Below are positions 1 through 12,333 of a DNA stretch of 64,000 bases, piece after piece. Origin of the DNA: Marsupella aquatica (Eukaryota; Plantae; Marchantiophyta). The notes beneath the pieces are model-generated. The model was given only the letters and a program-made list of their open reading frames with translations, did no database searches and had not been told where the DNA came from. The stretch lies in assembly GCA_973895155.1 (NCBI GenBank), contig OZ316897.1, positions 186,001 through 250,000 of the forward strand, read 5' to 3'. How positions within the stretch are numbered: position 1 is the stretch's first letter; every line of letters starts with the position of its first letter. The position numbers and the translations under genes were made by a program.

Positions 1-6
1 CATGAG

Positions 7-345
7 TCATTGAGAATCCTTTGATTCCAAATCATCTGAGGAATTACTAGGATCGCTACTCGACTCCCTATCAGTCTCCTCAGCCAAATCGTCAACATAC
101 TGTGCTACAGTCCTAGCCTCATCATCTATGAATTGAGGGCAGTAAAGGGCTTTCCGAACACCCCTCACTGACCGCAGACCTTTCCCCTCCCAAGTCAAAA
201 CGACGGGCGCTTCATCAACCTCCTTTGCAGTCCTTTCAGCATAGCATTGAAGCGCAAATCCCTTCTCAGGGGTCACAAGAAAATGATCCTCGATTTCTTT
301 CTGAAGACGGAATCTCTCCTCCGAAAACCAATCCGAACGCCTATC
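7..345 (-). CDS. Small ORF or terminal exon of element A, with acidic FIDDEA/YVDDLAEE motifs
   Basis: FLVTPEKGFALQCYAE...TWEGKGLRSVRG...FIDDEA aligns with 48644-48961 (VIITPEKPFVLPSYAE...CWETKGLRLLRG...YIDDEAE) at the same position in element B. Confidence 0.6.
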   Translation of the reverse strand, partial: DRRSDWFSEERFRLQKEIEDHFLVTPEKGFALQCYAERTAKEVDEAPVVLTWEGKGLRSVRGVRKALYCPQFIDDEARTVAQYVDDLAEETDRESSSDPSNSSDDLESKDSQ

Positions 346-447
346 ATTGAAGAAATCACCAGAATCGGATCAATACTACACATCCAAAAATTCTACAAAC
401 AAAAGAAAAACACCAAATAGGGAGTTCTACATCAAAGGCCAAGTGCT

Positions 448-1698
448 TTACTCCAGGTCAAATTCATCCTTCTCGTCTGAAGGTCCTCCCTGATCATCTC
501 CTGGGATGGTGAACTCATCATCCGACCCTTCATCATTGGGATCATCGTTCTTCGCGGCCCCTTTCAACTTTTGGGCATGTCTATCCAACACATTTGCCAA
601 AGTTTTGTGCGCACACAGATGAAGAATGTCTCGATCTTCAACACCCACAACAAATCTCCCAGCGTATTCCCTAGCGGCAAAAGCACTTCCATCTCCAACA
701 GTCCAGTCAATGACAATGTCCTTTGGCAAAGTAAGGATCTCCATTACGGCTTGCATGAACCCAACTGACAATCTATTGGAACCTGCAAAAGCCGCCTTGG
801 GACTGGGATCAAGTTTTGGGTAGCAAACACTCAACATCGATTTATGGCGGGCATCCTCCCAGGAAGTCATTGGAACGTATCCTGTATGTTTTGGGACTTT
901 TGCCGAGAATTCCACCTTGCAGAAGACATCCATAATGAGAGTAACCACCTGAATTGAAAACGAGAATATGTAAGAAATGGGCACTTTTGGTTAGCGAGCT
1001 CGCTAGCAAAAATTGCACAAAAAATATTGAGGATATCTTACCTCGATGTCCATATCTGCCTGATACAAAGGAGGTGAAAGCAAAACCGAATACTGCCGGA
1101 CATGTTTAAATTTGTTCTTCTGCTCGACGGCAGAAAAAATTTGCCTCATATGGTTATAGTCATCGTCGGCAAGCATCGGACGCATGACTCCAAAGAAATA
1201 ATATGGTAATTTCTCACTCCAAACATTCCACTTCGGGACCTCCCGGTCTGTGATGCCCGTTCGATGACCCGTGGGAAGGAATATGAAACCCAAGTGAGCA
1301 CCAATTCCAGCGTAATGTTTTCCGTTGATCATCACGGCGTTTGGGTGTTCGCTCGATTTGCTCATTCCAGACAACCACTAATCCGCATCGCCCATCCAGG
1401 GAGGTCTTACTTTCCTCTGGCTAATTGAGTTTGCAGTTTCCGTGAGATTGCTCTTTGCCAAGAAATGCCTCTCACCGTCCTTCTTAAGACCACACATTCG
1501 TGCTACTCCTTGCGCGACGCATGCTTCCTCCTCATCCGAGTCGGAGAGAATTTGGACATTGCGCTTCCTCTTTAAACGCTTGATTGAACCCAGGTCCACA
1601 GCAGATTTTGTTGTGACCTCAACATCAGGAGACTTGGGTTCTTCCCCATCATCCGCCCCACTCTTCAAACTCCCAGAGGCTGCAGCCTTTCTCTTCTC
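448..1698 (-). pseudogene. 3' exons of element A cargo gene: beta-class N6A/N4C DNA methyltransferase-like domain
   Basis: RLSVGFMQAVMEILTLPKDIVIDWTVGDGSAFAAREYAGRFVVGVE fits the motif X/I/II pattern (T.pgD.VlDpF.GsG....A...gR..iGiE). The upstream motif-IV position reads HLGFIFLPTG. Intron at about 949-1041; in-frame TAG at 1378-1380. Confidence 0.7.
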
Positions 1699-2438
1699 TG
1701 AAAAACATGTTAATGTCAGACAGGTGACTGAGACAAAATTACTCCGAATGAGCACTACAACACTACCTACACCTTTTGCGAACTTGAAAGCATCGCAAAT
1801 AACAAAGGAAATCAAAAAACAAAACTCGTCTTTGCGAAGTATCGCGCATCGCAATAGAATCGCAAACTGCGAAGCCCAAAGGTTCGCATCCGGTCTTTTC
1901 CAAGACCTTCACAACGCCTTCGCAACTTGCGACACTAATAGAATCGCAAAGGACTCACATTTAAGCGACTCTGTGGGCGTCACGAGAGGATTGCGATAAT
2001 AATCAAGCAGTTAAATATTTGCAATCCCAGGAGTTTGGTAATATGTTTGCGATATTAAGTGAATGGTAGTTATGCCATGAAGATTGCTTCGCATTTTTGT
2101 GAACTTATGTGGTTTGCATAATGTTTGCGATACCTTCAATATGGTAAATATGCAATTTGGGTTGTTCGCATAGGTTTTGCAAGATGTCTTGAGGCTAGGG
2201 TTTAGATTTAGAGTTTTGAATTATGGTTGGGGTCTTGTTGTCCAACACGGAGAATGAGGTCTGAATCAAAATTGCTTTATAGAAAATTGATAGGTACACA
2301 AAAATTAGGGTTTCCTAAACCCTAAACCCTAGATGGGTGTCATATGACAAGCTAGGTCCCTATAAGACTACCCATGATATCAAAACTATATACTACACTA
2401 AGTAAATGGGCATCCCATAGGCACTACACCACCAAGCT

Positions 2439-4389
2439 CTAGAATGGGGTCCTCCTACTCCTTGTCGCCGGCCTCTTCCCCTTGTCCCTCTTGCGACGAT
2501 CCGGACGTGGCACAGGAGGTGGTGCTGGCTGCTCCTCCACATCTGGTTCCTCCTCATCCTCTTCCTCCCCCTCCTGCTGGGAAACTCCTACTGGTCCAGA
2601 TCCACTACTCCCTCCTACCTTGGGCCCCTTTGTCGTGGTCCCCTCATTGTTCTCATCGGTGCTGCTGGTATCACTGGCATCCTCATCATCCTGTTTGCAC
2701 AGCACAACGCCAAATTGGTTTAGGTTTACGGAATGAAAAGATAAGTGGATTGGGTGGGAAAAACTGAAGGGGATACATGCACTTACAGTTGCCAACTCTG
2801 CGTCAACCAAGTCAAAGAGATGTTTGGCTCCATGCGCAGCTCCTATCTCCATCTCTTTTGCTGTTATCTTCCTGCGGTACCTCTTATACTACCACAACCA
2901 AACATTCCAAAACCAAAATCGATCGAGGTTAATATGCTATAAACCCAAGAAAAATGCATGGAGGTGCTAATAGGGTGCCCCCTAGAACACAAAAATGGGC
3001 TCAATAACCCTTAGCGGTATTTTTTAAACATAATACACACTTGTGAAACGCCCCACTTCGCAAATTCAAATAAATTGGCTGCTTGCAAAGTAGTTTGCGA
3101 AGCGGGTTAGTTCGCAATAGCTTCGCATCTACAACTTTAAAAAATGCCATGATAGACTTTGCGAAACATTTGCGAAGCAACCCGCATCGCAAAAGCTTCG
3201 CAAACTCTGTTTTTAAAAAATTCTGAGAAATCTCTAAGGCACGCAATGTGTTAGGGTGACCTAAAGTACAAGGCAGGCCGTAAGAAAGAAACAAGAGGTA
3301 TGCAGGGGGGCATTGCAGGTTTGGATAGCAATTGAAAGCAAGGAAACAAAAGCAGGGGAGGAGAGGGCCCACTCACAAAGTGTGCTTTGAGGCCGGGAAG
3401 TCCACCTTGGCCCATCTTGTGCATGGTCTTGGGCCGTTTGCTGACTCGCTCAGCTGCAAGGATGAATTTTTGGGGTGGTGCCCCCACTTCATCCACAATG
3501 TGCTGCATGTGAGACACCTTCTCAGCCATTGCCTTGAGGTCTCGGTCGGACTTCCCGGCCTTCTGTGCCTTGGCTTCCATCTCCTTCCAGAAGAGAAGGT
3601 TCTTGGCAGCTCTCATCTGCACCTCCACTTTGTAAAAGGCATTCCACACGTCCTCAGTGAATTGCAGTGGCCTCCTCACGTTTCTGTACTCCTCCAAGTT
3701 TGCCAGGTAGGCCTTACCTTCTTCCTATCATGGTACCGTGCTTGAGACATTGAATTGGAAATTCTATCTGCAAGCCATTGTTCATCAATCTCTGCTCCAT
3801 TTCGAAATGAATCTTTGATTTGACTCATTACTTTCTTCTGGTCTGCCTTGCTGAGTTTCCCCCACTCAACTTCTCGTGCAAAATTGGAGCGCACCATAAG
3901 CCTGATAGTGCTCTTTGCCCCGGTGTAGGCCAGTTCAGTAGGAATGCCTTCGATCAAGGCAATCATAGGCAGCTTCTTCCTCTCTTCCTCCTTCTTTCGC
4001 TGCTCCTCCCGCTGTGCTCTTATCTCATCTCGTTCCTCTCTCCTCCTCTTCTTTTCTAGGGCAGCAGGTGAGACTACTCCTGCCTTGGCCCTCTCCTCCT
4101 TCTTACGCTTCTTCTCTCTTGCCTTCTGTTGAGCTGCACTCCTTTGCTCCTCCTCCCTTGCAATGTTCCCTGCATCTACTCCCGTTTGCAAGGCTTGCCC
4201 TAGGATTGCACTCAAAGAAGCAATCCCTGCTGGTGTAGTCAAATCTAAGTGGCTCAACTGTGCTGCATTGGGGTGCTCAGCCATCAAATCGGTCCATCGA
4301 TTCCTCTCCTGCTCCCCATTGCCTTCATTCCCATTGCCACTGTCACTCACCCCTGCCCCATCACCTCCATTTGCTCCACTGGAATCCAT
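2439..4389 (-). pseudogene. CACTA second gene (TnpA/Ptta-like), multi-exon, frameshifted near 3705
   Basis: VEWGKLSKADQKKVMSQIKDSF...WLADRISNSMSQARY...RPLQFTEDVWNAF...MHKMGQGGLPGLKAHF resembles plant CACTA TnpA/Ptta-like proteins. Acidic/basic last exon at 2439-2692; transcribed divergently from the transposase. Confidence 0.6.
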
Positions 4390-5670
4390 AGCTAAGCCAC
4401 CCCCCGAGCGCGCGCGAGCTCCCTTCTCCCTCCCTACGCTTGAAATTTGTCAAATGCCGCTGAGTACGCCGCGGACGAGTGCAAAAGTACAAGCGGGAAA
4501 GACTTGTGAAGCAACCCGTTTTGCAAGTTGCGATCCTTCTAGTTTCGCATGTAGTTTCTCAATTTTGCGAAACCATTGCGACGTGAAAGGCTTCGCAACA
4601 CCTTTGCTCTCTCGCAAAAATGCTCTCGGGCTCTGTTTTTCTGAAGGTCGTGCGAAAGCGGCAGCTTCGCAAAACTCAATTCTAATTTGTGACGGTATTT
4701 GCGAAGGAAGCGGCTTCGCAAGACATTGGCAACTCGTCCTGGGGGGAATGTTGGTTTCATTTGAAAGGGTATTTTTCAAAGGTGAAGTGGACCCCTCTAT
4801 ACTCATATTTGGAATGCTTTTTGGCCATGTTTTGGGTGTTAGATAATAGTTGAAGGCGGGTTTGAAGGGTTAGGCAGATTTCAGGTTAATGGGTTATGTA
4901 TGGTGTTGGTTTAGGCTAAGGTTTGGGTTTACATTAGTTTAGAAGAAATAATAAAGGTGTGGGATTTGGTTTACAAGAAATAAGTAAGGTTTGGGTTTAG
5001 GGTTTTAGGGTTTGGGGTTTTTAAATAGAAAGGTCTCTAGGGTTGAAGAAAGGTTTGGGTTTGTGTGTAAGTCAGATTTAGGTTTAATAGGTAGGATGCG
5101 GTTTGGGGTTGAAGGTTTGGATAAGACAAAGCAAGGTTTCATGAGATTTATATTGCAGCCTTTTGGGTTTATGAATCAAAAAGGGATTGGCATGGGTTTT
5201 GCTAACAAAGGAGGGGAATATATGATAGCTTGCAGGGTGCGGCACTTTTTGATGATTTGATACTAATGCATATGCATTGTGAGAGCCCGGGCATCTGAAA
5301 GGTAAACATTGCATGATCGGCTCAAGTGTTCCTTTCATGTACTTAACACTTTTGGTTGCCACTATGTATAAAGGGGACATGTATATAGGGTTTTTTGTTC
5401 TTGTCTGGTCCAGATTATTGTGCTTACATATACATGGAATGGTTGCAGCTTTTCCCTCATACTTTCAGATTGGGTTCATTAATTATCTTAGAGCCACAAG
5501 ACCTATTGGCACTGCTGAGCCCGGGTCTCATAAAGGTACCTTTTTTTATTGCTATGGTCATTTTGGTTTGGGTTTCTTGTCATCATTATTTGGGAACTTT
5601 GATTTATATCATTTTGTGGTATGTTTTGGTCATAACATGCCCATTTTAATTATATCTTGTTACAGGGGAT

Positions 5671-5904
5671 ATGTCTTCATCTTCTGAAATCTCCACCACA
5701 GACTCGTCCTCCTCTGATGAAGATACACCACCTCCACCTCAACATCACACGACCGCACCTCCTCCTCGCGGTCCACCCCGTCAACTTTGTGAATGTTCTA
5801 GATGTGTGGGTCAGGTTTCCCAAAAATCTTACATATGTGCCCAACATATTGAGAGATATGGGCGTTGTGGACGTCATACGGCAGGGGCTTCTTCATCTCA
5901 TATG
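5671..5904 (+). CDS. CACTA exon 1: transposase-associated CxCxxC...H zinc-binding module
   Basis: ATG at 5671; LCECSRCVGQ...CAQHIERYG; followed by phase-0 donor ATG|GTAAGT at 5905. Confidence 0.7.
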
Positions 5905-6484
5905 GTAAGTGTTATGCCTTAGTTTTCCTACCCTATTCCCATTACTCAATGGTTGAAGGTTTTTAATTTCACACCTACTTTTGTTTGTTTTGGTTTTGGT
6001 GGAATAGGTATCCAATAGGCCTAGACCTGCGGCACAAGCACCCTATGTCCCATCACAAGGTGTTCTAGATGCTATAGGCAATGCATTCTCAAAAGCCTTG
6101 GGTCTAGCGGCAAGGCCCACCAGTCCTAGGGAAGTTGGGGTTGAGGCTATTGTCCCAAGAGGGAGAAAGCGTTCCAAGAGGCGGGCCCGAGGGGATACTG
6201 ATTTGTACAAGGCAGTGGTTACGGGCAGGTGGGGTGATTGTGAGTTCACTGGCAGATGTGTCCCTATCATCAAGGACTGGGATCCTGAGACTCTTGGTTT
6301 GCCACAACAGCTTTCCTACGGTGCGGAGGTAGAGGTTGGGGTAAACGTTGGGTTATCAAACCTTCCACACTTGGGGATAGACATGGCTATGGAGTTTTTG
6401 CCTGTGAGGACATCATTGTGGACGCCGAGAGTGGTAGAGGTGGACGCGGCCGAGAGGGGCCTACTTTGTTTCCTTATGGTGGAC

Positions 6485-8328
6485 TGTAGTTTGCTATAGA
6501 GAATCAAAAGAACTCTTTTACGTCTCTAAACTCGGTATTCGTTCCCGTTAAGAACAAGATTGGGTTGGTTTGATGAAATAAACTAAAAATAAAGCCTTAA
6601 GCTCTTGTGTCACACATAGTAATCAATCTTGACTACTTTAATCAGGTACTTTGAAGATCGCTCCACAGCGGTGAGTAGTTTTTGATGATAACTCAACATC
6701 AGATAACCTTCAATTAAGCAAAAGATTGCAATTAACAAAACACAAGGAAAAATCTCTCAGAGTATGCTTAAGGGAGTCTGGAATAGACCAAGGTTACTCC
6801 TTAGACATAAGTAATAATGGAATGACTTTAAAGGGAATCCAAATCCACACGGCTTTTCAGATCTAAACTGCATACTAGAGTATCCTTTTAAAATGCCGGC
6901 AACATGTCTTGACCTTTCTTCCTAAGTGATACTTAGTCAAGATCTAAAAGGATAAATACTTCAGCATTTAGATGGTACTAAGCAACATGAAGGTGGAAAC
7001 ATCATTTCCAATGCAACTTAAACTCAATGAGTTAACTCTAAGAACTTGTGAGATTACAATGTGTCACCAAAGCGGAATCTGACATTATAATTCACGAGAT
7101 TCATAACTGAGGTTTTACTTCAAGTATTTGGGTTCCAAAATACAAGAAGGAGGTAAGTCTCTCCAAATATTAAACCTGATCTCGAACTCATAGATTCATG
7201 ATCAACTAGTTTAACACAAGGGAGAGGCAAAACTGCAAAACTTAACCATCTCTCTACACTAGGGGAAGAGGTATAAATAGTGATGAACTACAGAATAAGA
7301 GGTCACATGGTCGAAGAGACATGCCTCTTCATAACCCTCAAAAAGTCAAAACGACGATTCAATAAGTGGAAAGCCGGAAAAAATGGCTAAGTATGAACTC
7401 TTAAACTCTTAAAAACTTAAACTCTTAAAAACGTAAAAACTTAAACTCTTAAACTCTTAATTTCGGTATACTAAAAATTGAGTAGATTCAACTATTTTTA
7501 ACTTTCTACTCCTGGTTCGGAAAACTCTGAAATTTTTCCAGTAGGGTTTCCTAGGTACAGACTACAGCCTAAAGAAGTCTCATAGCTTTTAAAGCTCTAC
7601 AACACATTTAGAAAAATTGGTAAAAGTACTATACTTTTCAATACTAGCTAAAAAGATAGTCTCCTTCAAGCTTGTTGTCGAATATCATCGGGTTCGAGCA
7701 GCTCCACGTAGGTGACAGTCCGATTCTGTGTTACCTCCATCAGCTCAGTCTGACGTGGTGATCCTCGAGAGTAGGGTAGGCACCTTAGTTGTCTCTCAGG
7801 ATACATCAAAGGCATTCGCTTCATCAAATAACAGGAATCTATACGAAGAGCTTCTCTGTACATCCCGATCACATCATAGTTGTTGCAGGTGGCAGCATAT
7901 ACTTGGGGATAGTGATGCAGAAACTCATCACTATTCATCATCCTGGAATAGAAGGGTCGAAGTCTCCATTTGACATCTCTGAAATACCGGTTGAAGCTGG
8001 GCAGAGTTTGAGAGGTAAGGTGGAAGAGAAGTCAGTAATGAGCGCCTATGTCTTGCATTCCTTCCCTTTCAAGGTGAGCTCTTCATCCGTTGTGGAGTCC
8101 CGTTGAACTAGTTGTAAGATGTCACGATCACAGAGTCGCCAAATCTTAAGGTGTAACTCGTAAAGCAATGAACTAGTAAACTCGTAAACTGAGTTTACTC
8201 GTAACTTAGGAACTTAGTAACTTTGAATGCTGTTTTAGTTACAGTTAGCAATAATTGCAGTCTAAACACCGTAAAAAAATTTAAAATTTTCAGTTTCTTC
8301 ATGCTTTTGGAATTACCCACTACTTACA
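6485..8328. mobile_element. Solo LTR (1844 bp)
   Basis: TGTAG...TTACA termini; 5-bp TSD TGGAC (6480-6484, 8329-8333). Excision restores the SET frame. Shares blocks (AACTCGGTATTCGTTCCC; AGGGAGTCTGGAATAGACCAAGGT) with 19166-20924. Confidence 0.9.
7396..7460 (+). repeat. Short tandem repeat (AACTCTTA-like) inside solo LTR
   Basis: aactcttaaactcttaaaaacttaaactcttaaaaacgtaaaaacttaaactcttaaactcttaa; related AACTCGTAA arrays at about 8155-8220 and 20405-20447. Confidence 0.75.
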
Positions 8329-8845
8329 TGGACCCATCTACAAGAGAAGACATTGGAACATGATCCTTGCACAACACCCTGAGTGGAAGACTTATGCATT
8401 GGACATGGATACTTTTGATGGAAACACTAGAAGGTATAGTGAGCAGCGTGTCATAGATGGGGACCCCATACGGACTGGGAATATTGCTGGTTTCATAAAC
8501 AGTACCATGGGGACTCGCCCTAAGCGTAGGCAAAATTGTGAGTGGGTTTTCATTGAGGGTCCTCCGCCAGCACCTTATGGCCAGACATATCATCATGACC
8601 ATTGCCTAGTTGTAGCGACGAGGACCATTAACTTAGGGGATGAGTTATTTACTCACTATGAGTGGGATTAGGGTTAAGTTAAGGGTCATAGGTGGTATGT
8701 TGCATATCAAAGGACACTACATATGGCCTTTGGCCACATTTTGTATTTGCACCACAACCAATATTATTTCATTTTTGCACACCCCTAGCCCATTTTTGTG
8801 TGTTCTCTTTGCAATATAACTTTCAATTGTTTGCTTTGTTTTTAG

Positions 8846-11800
8846 AATGTGCGACCCTCTCCAAATATGTTACCACGGAGATTGAGAGCAACATATCGAG
8901 AAATGGGTATGCCAGAAGAAGGACATGGATCAGAGTCACACTCCTCATCAAGTGCTAGTGGAAGCAGTAACCCTGATGAAGAGGTACCTCGAACGGATGA
9001 ACAAGTAACTGATGACCAGGATAGAGCCATGGATGACTTCATGGTTGATTGGTTTGGTGCCGACAACCCTGGTGATGACCTTCCCAATGAAGGGCAGGTG
9101 CCCCCCAATGATCCACGACCAAGACATACCCCTGAGGGACAACGCCAATGGGAAGAAGTAGAGGAACATGCCCGAACACCTATCTATGAGGGTGCTCGTT
9201 TGAGTCATCTTTCAGCCATCTTGGGGTTGATGAACCTACAGGCCAAACACAAGGCAAGCAATGCCTTGTTATCTGATATGTTTGCACTTTGCCATGACCT
9301 TATGTTACCCACTGAGAATGTGTTGCCAGCAACTTGGAAGGAGGCAAAGAGTGTTCTCTCATCTATTGACATGGAATATCATATTGTTCATGCATGTGTG
9401 AATGATTGCATGTTATTTCATGGGGCCAATGCAAACATGACACAATGTACAACATGTGATGAGCCTCGCTATGACCCCAACATGCTAACAAAGAAGGTGC
9501 CAAGGAAGGCTGTTCGTTGGTTTCCCATCATTCCTCGGTTGTTGCACATGTATCGGTGTTCTGAATTGGCAGAGTTGATGGTATGGCATAAGACTCATCG
9601 ATCAGAGTCTGGTGTCATGCGGTTGCCAGTTGACTCCCCTGCTCACAAACATATTGAGGCAACATGGCCAGACTTTGCACATGATCCTCGCCATGTGAGG
9701 CTAGGATTGGCATCTGATGGAGTTAGCCCTCATTCACTTGGAGGAAAGGGGCAACCTACATCAGTTTGGCCTGTGGTTGTCATGAATTATAACCTCCCAC
9801 CATGGCTATCCATGAAGAAGGGGTTCCTTTTATTGTCTTTGATTATCCCAGGTCCAAAAAAGGTGAAGAACTTTGACACTTACTTGGCACTATTGGTTGG
9901 AGAACTTCAAAAATTATGGAATGGAGTGTGGGCATATGATGGCAGGAAAATTACAGGAGGTTTTCCACGTGTCTTTCAATTGAGAGGGATCATTTGTTGG
10001 ACAATGCATGACTATCCTGGTAAGATGACTTCCATGCCATTTGCAACCCTTCAATAATGTGTAGTTCCTATTGTTGTTTCTCATGTGACAACCCTAACAT
10101 AAAGTTTGCATGGTTTGATTTCTTCTATGTAAGCAGGGTTTGGTTTTGTCTTTGGATTGCAAACTCAGGGGTACAAAGCTTGCTCTACTTGTGGCCCAAG
10201 CTTAGAGGACATGACCACATATTGTTCATGGATTAGAAAGATTGTTTATATTGGGCATACAAAGTTTCTTCCCATGGGGCATGTGATGAGGTTTGACCCA
10301 CTTCTATTCTCCTCCTTTGACATGCCATTTGGTGATGAGTGTGAAATTCCTGATGCAACAAGTTTTGCACATTGGAAGTCACTAGCTGATAGGGTGGCAG
10401 ACCCAAATGATTCCTTCACCTTTGATAGGACAGGTTTGACCAGGTGGAGTATACTAGCCACTTTGCCCTATTGGTCTGAGTTGAAGATCCGCCATCTTTG
10501 AGACCCTATGCACATAGAGGGAAATGTGGGGAAGGCTTTGATAAAGCATTTTTATGGGGAGAAGGACACTAATTTTAGGGAGGCATGCGAGGAGATGGAA
10601 ATGCATCCAGATGTTTGGGTGACAACTAATCCTATCACAGGTGTGGAGAATCGTCCTTCTGCTCCTTGGGTGTTGAGTGTTGGCCAAAGACGTGAATTTC
10701 GGAACCGTATAGGAGAGATGCGGTTTCCTACAGGCTATGGTGCCAACCTTCGAAAAGCTTTTGGGATGGAGGACAATCACAAGTGGCCATGATATCTGAA
10801 GACACATGACTATCATCGCCTATTGCAGCATATATTGCCAGTGGCAATTATAGGTATAGGGAGTGAAGAAGTGCAAGATGCCATCTGGTCATTGGGTCGT
10901 TTGTTGAGATGGATATGCTCAAAGGAGATATATGTAGAAGAGATCCCTGGGATGGAGGTATTGGCAGCTGAGGTGGTATGCAAGTTGGAGAAAGCCCTTC
11001 CTCCTTCCTTCTTTGATTGTCAGGTTCATTTACTTGTGCATCTTGTGCGGGAGGTTGCCATTGCAGGTCCAGTGCATTGTAGATGGATGTATTGGCTTGA
11101 GCGTTACATGGCGGTGTTGAAGGCTTATGTACATAACCGTGCATGGATGAAGGGAAGCATAGCTACAGGATACTTGGCAGCAGAGAGTATGTTTTATTGT
11201 AGTAACATCTTGGCCACCATTGATCCTACTTGTCCATGTACTTGGATGGAGGAAAGAGAAGAGGAGGAGGACCGTTTAACAGGTGCCACAAAAACACACA
11301 TGTTGACATCAACAGAGTGGTCACAATTGACAACATTTATGTTGAGTAATAGTAATATCATGGAGAAATGGAGAGAGTTTTATGAGAATGCCAAGAGAAC
11401 AAGTCAAAGAGCAAGAATTTTTCCTAAGATGCATGAGTATATGAAGCAAAAGTTGCTTGAGTTGGATGACATGGTGACACAAGGAGGAGATGTGTCCCAC
11501 TTTCCTACCATCATAGATGACATTCGGACCATTGTTCATGGCCCTTTGAGAGTGGTGACATCCAAGACGGCTATGTGGACACAAGGGAGACACTTCAGGT
11601 CCACTAGTACCTAACCTTTCTTCCTCTATTAATTCATGTAGACCTTATTTTGATTAGTTATTTCTATTGTTTAAAAACTTTCTATTATCATTAATGACAT
11701 CCATAACTGTAATGTTGGCTTCTATATTTATGCCATAGGCCATGTGGGTTTTGGCTATTTAGGGATGGGTGTCATATTTTGATGATTATTACATTAATGG

Positions 11801-12333
11801 TATCTTTTGTGTAATAAAAATTTGTGGGTTTTGTTAATTTCAGGGTTTCTTCCCTTGATGAGAAGAGGGGTCGTACTTTTGATTGTGGAGTTCAAGGGGA
11901 ATTTTCTCAAGACTCCAGAAGCAGCCGCCATGACAGGAACATTGTTAGAGATGTTGTGTTACACTATGGGAAGATAGAGGAGATCTTGGTGGTATCATAT
12001 GACAACCATTCAAAGTTTGAGGAATATGTCTTCAAGTGCAAGTGGTTCAAAGTGAACCTTGTTGGTCAAAATTGCACTGTACTTCAAGATGAGAGTGGGT
12101 TTACACGGTTGAAGACAAGTGCCACTAGTGTTCAAGCATCTCATTGGCAAACGTCAGAACCATTTGCTTTCCCATCACACTTGGAGCAATGTTTCTACAT
12201 TCCATACCCCTTAGACACCGAGTGGTCAATTGTCATCACCTATGTGCCACGTTCTCGTTCCATTGTTTCTGAGAAGCCAGATGTTATTGTATCAGACCTA
12301 GATGACCTTGAGGCCGATGAGGATCAAGTGTGA
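8846..12333 (+). pseudogene. CACTA Tnp2-type transposase (Transposase_21 plus DUF4218/DUF4216-like regions)
   Basis: HACVNDCMLF..C..C..PRY, RLGLASDGVSP, WPVVVMNYNLPPW, TMHDYPG, DPMHIEGN, KTHDYH, PPSFFDCQVHLLVHL, GPVHCRWMYWLER, FKCKWF, EPFAFPSHLEQCFY. Introns at about 10020-10136 and 11599-11843; in-frame stops at 10499 and 10790. Confidence 0.92.

Larger units (their letters stand above)
6008..8671 (+). pseudogene. SET-domain (lysine methyltransferase-like) gene carried by the CACTA element, split by a solo LTR and a 1-nt frameshift near 6300
   Basis: After removing 6485-8328 and one TSD copy: WVIKPSTLGDRHGYGVFACEDI...LFPYGG|PIYK...YALD...IDGD...GNIAGFINS...LVVATRTINLGDELFTHYEWD*. SET motifs GxG, YxG, RFINH-like and ELxxxY occur in order. 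Confidence 0.85.

Noticed and set aside
1070-1090. LSPPLY as an SPPY-type N4C catalytic motif
   Set aside because: Not conserved in element B (MSVPMY) and lies downstream of the expected motif-IV position.
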